This document shows, in pieces, positions 51,100-58,546 of a stretch of 64,000 nt of DNA. The notes under the pieces were generated by a model that saw nothing but the letters and a program-made list of their open reading frames with translations, did no database searches and had not been told where the DNA came from. Source of the DNA: an uncultured delta proteobacterium (GTDB taxonomy: Bacteria > Myxococcota > Kuafuiibacteriia > Kuafuiibacteriales > Kuafuiibacteriaceae); NCBI GenBank assembly GCA_963803435.1, contig CAWDML010000009.1, positions 544,001 through 608,000 on the forward strand, written 5' to 3'. Positions within the stretch are counted from its first letter, which is position 1. Each line of letters starts with the position of its first letter. The translations under genes and the position numbers were made by a program.

Positions 51100-53445
51100 T
51101 TATTGCTGGAGAGTGATGATGGACTGATCGAGGCTCTGCCTGCCGTCGAGAGAGGTCACCACCAGGTTGAGAAAGACGCTGCCGGAGTCGCCGGCCATGA
51201 CGTTCTGGACGGCGCCCTTGCAGGCCGGGTTGCCGTGGCAGGGATCCTTGAGGTTGGCGTTCTTGACCACGACCGTGTGGCCCGGGATCCATTGACCCTC
51301 GGACGAATAGATGAGGAGGTCGAGGCTCGCGATCTCGTTCTTGGCGTCGTCGTAGACGACCAGTCTGGGGCCCGTGAAGGTGACGCCATTGGGGTCGAAA
51401 CCCGCGCTCAACCCGGCCGTGAGGTCGAGCGTCCCGATCGTCAGGTTGGCGACGCGGCCGGGGCAGTCCGGGCAGGCCGTCGAGCCCGGCTGAGATCCGA
51501 TGCTCCCCGCCGAGAAGCGATCGAGCGCCGTCTCGTTCGACGGAACGCCGGGCGGACAGGCGCCGTTGCCGCAGATGTCCACGCAGCCCGGATCGGTGGG
51601 GATACAGCTCGAGCCGCCGTTCGGGCACTCGATCTGCTGGACGAGCGAGCTCGGCCAGAACTGGACCGGGCTGTAGCTCGTGCATGCGTCGACCAGGCCG
51701 CACTTCGAGAGGGCGCTCGCACATCCGGAGAGCGTGGTCGGTCCGATCGGATGGTTCGGATCCCCATTCTGGGCGCACTTCAAGAGGGTCTCGCAGGCGA
51801 TCGCTTGGTCGAGGCGGGCGACGTCGAGCCGACGGATGGGCGTTCCGTCGCTCCGCGCGCGGCAGGTCGGATCGCCGGTCAGGTACAACAGACGGGCGAG
51901 CGTGTCGCTGGAGAGCGCAGGCTGGTGCTTTCCGGCGATGCTCGCTTGCGCGTGGGCGGCGGCTCCGCTGGCGAGGGCCGCGGATACGGAGCTTCCGGAA
52001 AGCTCGCTGGGAAACTCGAAGAACTCGTCCAGCCCGAAGTTGGTGTTGCACTGGACCCCGTGCTCGTCCCCCGGAAGCGCCGGGTTGACCGCGAAGACGT
52101 TCTGGCCGGGAGCGACCAGCGCCGGCTCGACGTCCGCGAGGGCGAGGCCGGAGGGACGATCGCGATCGTCGACGGCGCCCACCGCGGTCGTGATGGCCCA
52201 TGGTGTGGTGTACGAGAGATGAGCTCGCCGGCAGCTCGAGAGGTCGTTGTAACCCGCTGGGAAGAAGTTGAACGGGAGGACCAGCGGAGCGCCATCTGCG
52301 GGCTGACACGGTGAGGGCGGGACGCTGCTGCTGAAGAACACCTGGGGGTCGTTGATGTGGCCGGCCCGGTTGCCCGCGGAGGAGAAGCTGGAGATGGCGC
52401 GGGTGCCTTGCGCGTCGAGGTGGCGGGCGACGTCGAGCACGTATCGGATCGGCTCGCCGAACGCGTCCTCCACCGCCGTGCAGACGTTGAGGGTGATCGG
52501 ATTGACGCTCTGTACCAGCGCGGTGTGGGTGAGCTCCGGCGGGAACCCGAAGCTGAGGTTGAGGATCAAGGGCGAGGTGCCGTCATAGATGGCGGCGTCG
52601 ATGGCCTGGGCGATGCTCCCTCCGGTGGCGACGCCCTGTTGGTCGATCACGCGGTAGGACCGCAGATCCACCTCGGGGGCGAGGTGGCGGATGAACGTCG
52701 CCATGGCCGAGCCGTGGAAGTGCGGGTTGGCGTCGTTGTTTGTGGCGATGCCCCCGGACGTGAATTGGCCGCCGTCCGAGATCGCCAGCGTCGTCGCGAT
52801 GCCGGCCGGGATCTCGCTGTCGATCAGCGCCACCCGGACCTGCGAGACCGGTGAGATTCCGGGTGCGGCGGCGGGAACGCCCAGCCGGGTCCATTGCCAG
52901 GTCTGACCGGCAGCGGTCGCGTAGGGTGCGAGGCTCATCGAGCTCGCGTCGCACTCCCGACCCATGCGGACGGTCCCGCTGGCGAGACCGGCGACCTGGG
53001 TCCGAAGGTCGTTCAGGACGGTGCAGATCTGCTCATGGAGCACGGCTCTCCTCAGCCCCGTCCCGTCGACGAACTGCAGTCGATAGAACCGACGGTCACC
53101 GTCGCTGCGCCAGCTCGAGGCGCGGTGGGGGAGCACTGGCAGCACTTGCACGTGCAGTCCGGCCAGGGACGCCAGACATGTATTGTCTGCACAAAACCAG
53201 CTCGGCTGGAGGATGCCGTTGACCACGCTCTCGAGGTTGGACGTGAAGGTCGAGGGGAAGGGGTCCTCCCAGAGCGGACGGTCGAAGAAGAACAGATCGT
53301 CGCGGCAGGGACGCGCCGAGACCGGAGGGGGCGGGTTGGGTCGATGGAGCGCGCTGGAGGCGACCGTGTCCTGATCCGGGCCAGCCCCGCATCCTGCGGC
53401 CCAAAGTGTGATCCCGAGCGCACCCCAACGAATTCTGAGCACCAT
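51100..53445 (-). CDS. S8 (subtilisin-like) serine protease lipoprotein
   Basis: Lipobox AAGC; VALIDS, HFHGSAMA, LNLSFG, SAGN, AVGAVD, LVAPG, SGSSVSAALASGAAA; Cys-rich C-terminus. Confidence 0.85.
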   Translation of the reverse strand: MVLRIRWGALGITLWAAGCGAGPDQDTVASSALHRPNPPPPVSARPCRDDLFFFDRPLWEDPFPSTFTSNLESVVNGILQPSWFCADNTCLASLAGLHVQVLPVLPHRASSWRSDGDRRFYRLQFVDGTGLRRAVLHEQICTVLNDLRTQVAGLASGTVRMGRECDASSMSLAPYATAAGQTWQWTRLGVPAAAPGISPVSQVRVALIDSEIPAGIATTLAISDGGQFTSGGIATNNDANPHFHGSAMATFIRHLAPEVDLRSYRVIDQQGVATGGSIAQAIDAAIYDGTSPLILNLSFGFPPELTHTALVQSVNPITLNVCTAVEDAFGEPIRYVLDVARHLDAQGTRAISSFSSAGNRAGHINDPQVFFSSSVPPSPCQPADGAPLVLPFNFFPAGYNDLSSCRRAHLSYTTPWAITTAVGAVDDRDRPSGLALADVEPALVAPGQNVFAVNPALPGDEHGVQCNTNFGLDEFFEFPSELSGSSVSAALASGAAAHAQASIAGKHQPALSSDTLARLLYLTGDPTCRARSDGTPIRRLDVARLDQAIACETLLKCAQNGDPNHPIGPTTLSGCASALSKCGLVDACTSYSPVQFWPSSLVQQIECPNGGSSCIPTDPGCVDICGNGACPPGVPSNETALDRFSAGSIGSQPGSTACPDCPGRVANLTIGTLDLTAGLSAGFDPNGVTFTGPRLVVYDDAKNEIASLDLLIYSSEGQWIPGHTVVVKNANLKDPCHGNPACKGAVQNVMAGDSGSVFLNLVVTSLDGRQSLDQSIITLQQ

Positions 53446-53471
53446 ACCGTCTCCTTCCGAGCCCAGGCATC

Positions 53472-53487
53472 AGCAGATGCTGTGCCA
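53472..53487 (-). promoter_or_regulatory. Sigma54 (-24/-12) promoter of the S8 protease gene
   Basis: TGGCACAGCATCTGCT (GG-N10-GC) about 27 nt upstream of the ATG, with an AAGGAG RBS. Confidence 0.7.
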
Positions 53488-53543
53488 CCCGCGTGTGCAC
53501 GGTGTACTTGAACGCGTCCGGAGTTCTTTTTTTCCTCCCTGCT

Positions 53544-53571
53544 CGTACTGAATCCAGCCGCCGGTCTTTTC
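53544..53571 (-). repeat. Right copy of the 28-bp inverted repeat
   Basis: Minus strand GAAAAGACCGGCGGCTGGATTCAGTACG; abuts the stop codon of the 53572 gene. Confidence 0.85.
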
Positions 53572-54096
53572 TCACCCGTTGCACGCCCCCCAGGCCTCAT
53601 TCGCCTGCTGATAGCAGCTGCTGCTCTGCTGGCCGCACGCCTGCTGATCGTCCCCGCGCGCCAGGCAGGACTGATACCCCCGCTGGCAGCGGTCCTGATC
53701 GATGAGGTACGTCCGATAGCACAGCTGCTGCGGCATCAGCCCGTCGGCGCAGATCCGCTCCACGTCCTGGCAGGGGTCGACCGCGTCGGGATCGGCCATG
53801 TCCGGAGGGCAGCCGTGGTCGCGCGTGCAGGCACCCGCGTCGATGATGCTGTCGGACAGCGAGGGCACGTCGAGGTAGCGGTCGACCGTCTCGCGAGGGA
53901 GCGAGGTCTCGCAGGTCAGCACGACCTGCTTCGGGTCGGCGAAGCGCTCCAGGCACGCGCTGATGCACATGGGCTCGAGCGGCTCCACGGCCGGGTTGCA
54001 GTCCGAGTAGAAGCGGCAGGTGTCCCGGCAGTGCTCTTCGGGCGTGGGCGGCGCGCAGGCGGCGAGGAGGAGCGCGGCGGCGAGGAGGCGGCTCAC
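53572..54096 (-). CDS. Cys-rich lipoprotein
   Basis: Lipobox LLAAC; CxxxC repeats. Confidence 0.75.
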   Translation of the reverse strand: MSRLLAAALLLAACAPPTPEEHCRDTCRFYSDCNPAVEPLEPMCISACLERFADPKQVVLTCETSLPRETVDRYLDVPSLSDSIIDAGACTRDHGCPPDMADPDAVDPCQDVERICADGLMPQQLCYRTYLIDQDRCQRGYQSCLARGDDQQACGQQSSSCYQQANEAWGACNG

Positions 54097-57074
54097 GGGA
54101 AGTGGAGGGTGCTCTCGCCGGTGCCGTCGACGCCGGTGCCGAGCTCGACCCTCTGGACCAGCGGATCCGCGTTGTTGGTGCTGCGCCAGATCGCGTCGTC
54201 GACCTTGCCGTCGATCGGGTTGCCCGAGAACGTGTAGCCGTCGGTGCCGCCGGCGTCGATGAAGACGCCGATCGAGGGGACCTTGCGCTTGGCGCTGCCG
54301 GGGTCGTCGCCCTCGAGGAGGCCGGCGCTGCCGATGCTGTAGAGGCTGGCAGCGGCGTACTGATCGTCACCGGCGTTGTCGACCAGGACGCCGATCCCGT
54401 TCGAGTTGCCGGAGCCGACGGTGATGCGCGAGCCGAAGTACATGTCGTCGCCGGACTCGTCGATGAGGAACACGGCGCTGTAGTCGTGGGCACCGGCGAT
54501 CGTCACGTTCACGCGGGGGAGGTTCTGGCCGTAGGTGTCGTTGCCGCCGCCGTCGAGGAGCAGGCCCAGCGAGTAGTGGGCGGCGGAGGCCATCCCATAC
54601 CAGAGGGAGTCGTAGGCGTCGTCGCCGGACTTGTCGGCGAGGATGCCGGTGCTGAACCAGAAGCCGCCGCCCTGGGCGAAGACGCTGCCCTGATAGCGAT
54701 CGGCGCCCGCGCCGTCGATCAGGATTCCGACGCCGCCCGACATGAAGGCGCGATCGGTGGTGTCGGCGCGCCGGCCGAAGCCGTAGCCCTGGCCGAGCGT
54801 GGTGTTGGCGCGGCCGGGGCGCTGGCCGCTGAAGTAGAGCGGATCGCCGCCGACGGTCGGATCGCCCGGATCCATCAGGTAGTCGTCGTCGCCGTCGGTG
54901 TCGTAGATCAGGCCGACCGCCTGGGCGAACGCGAAGCCCTGGGCCATGGTGTACGCCTCGCGGTGATCGTTGCCGCCCAGGTCGAGCAGCAATCCCAGCC
55001 CGAACGCGCCTGCGCCCTGGGCGACCGCCTCGGCGAGATAGGTGTCGTCGCCGCCGTCGTCGATCAGGACGCCCGTGCCGAAGATGCCGCTGCCCTGGGA
55101 CATGCGGAGCGACTGGTAGTGGTCGTTGCCGCCGCCCAGATCCATCAGCACTGCCGTACCCATGCGCCCGCCGCCCTGCCGCGGGGTCTCGCTGAGGCTG
55201 ATGGGGCCGTTGTCCATGTCGGGCGTGCTCCGGGGCTGGTAGCGCCCGCCGGCGTCCGAGGGGAGGCGCGCACCGTCGAGCATGTCGGGGACCTCGACGT
55301 AGCCGTAGTGGTCGTCGCCACCCAGATCGATGAGGACGCTGACCGCGTTGCTGCTGCTGGCGTTTCCGCCGGCCGGGACGCGGTAGGTGTCGTCGCCGCC
55401 CAGGTCGAGGAGCACGGCGAAGTCTCCGCCCGCCTCGGGATCGCTCGGATCGTAGATGCCGTTCTCGCCATCTCCGATCGCGATGCGTCCGATCGGCGTC
55501 GACTGCGAGAAGAGGAAGCCGGCGGTGGTGGCGGTGGTGGCGGTGGGGACCGCGGCGAAGCGGGCGAGGTCGGCGTCGGCGATCGCGTCGAGCAGATCGA
55601 CGGCGCCGCCGTACATGTCGTCGTAGCCGAACGTCTGCGTCAGCAGTGTGCGGACCGAGCTGTTCGCGGGCGCGAGGCCGAAGCCGTCGCGGCGCGGGGC
55701 CACGAAGGCGGCGCCGTAGTCGTAGAGCTGGCTGACCTGGGCGGCGTTGCCGAGCGCGTGGGTCCGAGCCACATAGGCGCGCTCGACGCCCTCGATCACG
55801 GTGGCGATCGCGATCTGCAGATCCATCGGGACGTCGGCGGCGTCGGCGCGGAGGGCGGCCAGATCGGGCGCGCCGCCGGCGGTGGTGATCAGCGCGGCCA
55901 CGGCCTGCACCAGCGGTTCGGCCACGTCGATCGGCTGGGCGTCCTGCCGCACCGGCGGATGGTCCGCGAGCTGGGCCATCCGCTCGATCATGCGGGCCGC
56001 CTTCGCCGCCGGCGAGGCGGTGCCGTCGGCGGCGGTGTCGAGGTCGGCGATCAGGCGCTCGGCGAAGTCGGGGGCGCGCAGAGGCTCGTTGTGGACCGCG
56101 TCGTAGAAGGAGAAGCGGTAGGGATCGTTCTGTACGTCCGGCGGGACCAGCGTCCAGGCGAAGACGTCGAACAGCAGCGAGCACGGCGTCAACCCGACCT
56201 GCATGAGCGCCTCTTCGAGCAGATCGCGGGTCCCCGGCGCGCTCCCGGGGGGGAGGCGGCTCGCGTGGCAGGCGCAGCGATCGCTCAGACACACGTCGCC
56301 CCGGTGCGTGGTCCGGCAGGCGCGCTCGGCGTCGCATCCGGAGGCGGCGTCGCAGGCGAACGCGCAGACGCCCGGCAAACTGGGCTCGCTCCGCACGCAG
56401 ATCGATCCGGGGAGCTCGCCGCAGTCGGTGTCGACGGCGCAGGGCCGCTCGCCGACGTCGTCGGTGCGCGCGCACATCTCCGCGGGCGCGACGTAGGTGG
56501 GATGGCAGACGTCGTCGCCGTCGTCGCCGGGGCCACACGCCCAGCCGGCGGGACAATCGGACGGCATGGCGCAGGCGATCGTGCAGTAGCCGAAGTTGTG
56601 GAAGTCGCCCTCGCAGTGATCGGCGATCGGGAGGCAGGCCTCGGCGTCGCCGATGCAGCGGGAGCCGAGGCCGATGCCACCCAGGCAGCTCGCGATCGGC
56701 GGCACGCAGAAGTAGGCAGGCGTGGCGCCGCCGCCCGTGACGTCGAGACACGTGAAGCCTTCGGTGCAGCCCTCGAGATCGGTGTCGCAGCGGTCGGAGC
56801 AGAACTGCTCGCCGGTGGACGCGCGCAGGCAGAGGGCCGCGTCGCAGGCGGCGCAGTCGGCGCAGGTCACCTCCGAGAAGCGGTCGGGCAGCACCGGGAG
56901 CGGTCCGGCGTCGATCGGTCCGGTGTCGACCTCGCCGGCGTCGGGGACCTCGGCGTCGGGCGCGAAGCCGAGGTCGGGCGGGCCGCTGTCCTTTTTCTGG
57001 AGGTCGTCGTCGCTCCCGCCGTCGCAGGCGAAGGTGGCGAGGGCGAGGGCGAGGACGGCGAGCGGTCGCACCAC
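54093..57074 (-). CDS. Large lipoprotein with a Cys-rich N-terminal region and 12 D-x-x-G-x-D-x-Y-like repeats
   Basis: Lipobox TFAC; LLDLGGDDTY, LIDLGGDDHY, LIDDGGDDTY, LADKSGDDAY and others, with AQG-x-G spacers. Confidence 0.8.
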   Translation of the reverse strand: MVRPLAVLALALATFACDGGSDDDLQKKDSGPPDLGFAPDAEVPDAGEVDTGPIDAGPLPVLPDRFSEVTCADCAACDAALCLRASTGEQFCSDRCDTDLEGCTEGFTCLDVTGGGATPAYFCVPPIASCLGGIGLGSRCIGDAEACLPIADHCEGDFHNFGYCTIACAMPSDCPAGWACGPGDDGDDVCHPTYVAPAEMCARTDDVGERPCAVDTDCGELPGSICVRSEPSLPGVCAFACDAASGCDAERACRTTHRGDVCLSDRCACHASRLPPGSAPGTRDLLEEALMQVGLTPCSLLFDVFAWTLVPPDVQNDPYRFSFYDAVHNEPLRAPDFAERLIADLDTAADGTASPAAKAARMIERMAQLADHPPVRQDAQPIDVAEPLVQAVAALITTAGGAPDLAALRADAADVPMDLQIAIATVIEGVERAYVARTHALGNAAQVSQLYDYGAAFVAPRRDGFGLAPANSSVRTLLTQTFGYDDMYGGAVDLLDAIADADLARFAAVPTATTATTAGFLFSQSTPIGRIAIGDGENGIYDPSDPEAGGDFAVLLDLGGDDTYRVPAGGNASSSNAVSVLIDLGGDDHYGYVEVPDMLDGARLPSDAGGRYQPRSTPDMDNGPISLSETPRQGGGRMGTAVLMDLGGGNDHYQSLRMSQGSGIFGTGVLIDDGGDDTYLAEAVAQGAGAFGLGLLLDLGGNDHREAYTMAQGFAFAQAVGLIYDTDGDDDYLMDPGDPTVGGDPLYFSGQRPGRANTTLGQGYGFGRRADTTDRAFMSGGVGILIDGAGADRYQGSVFAQGGGFWFSTGILADKSGDDAYDSLWYGMASAAHYSLGLLLDGGGNDTYGQNLPRVNVTIAGAHDYSAVFLIDESGDDMYFGSRITVGSGNSNGIGVLVDNAGDDQYAAASLYSIGSAGLLEGDDPGSAKRKVPSIGVFIDAGGTDGYTFSGNPIDGKVDDAIWRSTNNADPLVQRVELGTGVDGTGESTLHFP

Positions 57075-57087
57075 GGAGACTCTACCG

Positions 57088-57303
57088 TCAGCCCGTACCG
57101 CCCAGGCTGTGATTCGTCTCTTCCAGATCCGGGGCCGGTGCTTCCAGGACCGAGCGCTTGAAATAGACGATCCGGTAGTTCGCCTTGTCGAGCAGCACGC
57201 TGACCAGCTCCCAGCCCTTCTCCCCGTGGAGGCCCAGGATCTCCTCGTCCACGTCGTAGTTCGACGCGGGGAGCACCAGGACCTTGTACTCGAACGTGGT
57301 CAT
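57088..57303 (-). CDS. DUF4177-like small protein
   Basis: FEYKVL...HGEKGWELVSV...YFKR. Confidence 0.8.
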   Translation of the reverse strand: MTTFEYKVLVLPASNYDVDEEILGLHGEKGWELVSVLLDKANYRIVYFKRSVLEAPAPDLEETNHSLGGTG

Positions 57304-57378
57304 TCCCCCGGAGGCTAGCCGCCCTTGAGGATGGCGTCATCTCCGTGGTCGGATCGGGCCTCGAGGGCGCAGGACGCG

Positions 57379-58126
57379 GTGTTAGATCTCCACAATCACG
57401 TGCTTTTCGGCCTCGACGACGGCTGTCGCGCGCCCGCGGAGTCCCGCGCGCTGGCGGCGGCGGCCAAGGCGGCCGGGCACGCGGGGTTCGTGGCCACGCC
57501 CCACATCCGGCCGGGGATGTTCGACAACGATCCGGATCGGATTCCGCCGGCGGCGGGACGAGACGGCGCCGCTGGTGCGGGCCGAGGGGCTCGAGCTGTT
57601 CCTCGGCGCCGAGTACTACTTCGCCGGGGAGCTCCTCGAGGCGGCGCGCAAGAAGACGCTGCTGACGCTGGGGGAGTCGAGCCGCTACGTCCTGATCGAG
57701 TTTCCGCAAGACACCTTGCCGATGCGCTGGGAGCAGGTGCTCTTCGAGATCCGCACCCGGGGGTACGTCGCGGTGATCGCGCACCCGGAGCGATGCGCCG
57801 CGGTCCAGCGCGACCCGGACGATGTGCTCGAACGCCTCACCCGCACCGAGGCTCTCCTCCAGCTCGACCTGGGGAGCCTGATCGGTCACTACGGGAAAGC
57901 GGCGAAGAAGACCTCCGCCCACCTGGTGAAGCGCGGCGCGTATCACGTCGCCGCGTGCGACCTACATCGCCCCGAGGACGTGGCGGGCATCGTGGCGCCC
58001 GCGCGCGCCGAGCTCACCGCGCTCCTGAGGAAGGGGAAGAAGCAAGACAGGTTGACACTCCTGTTGGAGGTCAACCCACGGCGGATCGTGGCGGATGCAG
58101 CGCCTGACACGATCGAGCCCTTGTGA
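57379..58126 (+). CDS. CpsB/CapC-type PHP tyrosine-protein phosphatase; +1 frameshift near 57543
   Basis: DLHNHVLFGLDDG, ATPH, LGAE, YVLIEFP, IAHPER, ACDLH. Confidence 0.85.
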
Positions 58127-58138
58127 GATCATGAACCC

Positions 58139-58546
58139 GTGACGATGCGTCCGGCCGAGCGGCCGATGCCGCCCGAGCGAATCGGGTCGGCCACCGCCAA
58201 GATCGGTACCATCCAGCACTTTCGGTGGCTGAAGAACATCGTCTTCGCCACCCTGATCCTCAACGTCCTCGACGCGGTCTTCACGATGGTGTGGCTCTCG
58301 ACCGGCGCGGCCACCGAGGCGAACCCGGTGCTCGCCGACATCGCGGAGCACGATCCGGGTCTCTTCGTGACGGTGAAGTTCCTGCTGGTGGCGCTCGGCT
58401 CGCTCCTGTTGTGGATGAACCGCAAGCGGCCGGTGGCCGTGGTGGGGATCTTCGTCGCGTTTCTCGTGTACTACGGGATCCTGATCTACCACCTGCAGGC
58501 GATGAACCTGCACCTCTTGAGCCGCCTCCCTATTTGGTCACGGTAG
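58139..58546 (+). CDS. DUF5658-like membrane protein
   Basis: LNVLDAVFT, EANPV, FVTVK. Confidence 0.75.
   Translation: MTMRPAERPMPPERIGSATAKIGTIQHFRWLKNIVFATLILNVLDAVFTMVWLSTGAATEANPVLADIAEHDPGLFVTVKFLLVALGSLLLWMNRKRPVAVVGIFVAFLVYYGILIYHLQAMNLHLLSRLPIWSR

Noticed and set aside
43074-53571. tRNA-anchored genomic island or prophage
   Set aside because: No integrase or phage gene, and I saw no duplicate of the tRNA 3' end
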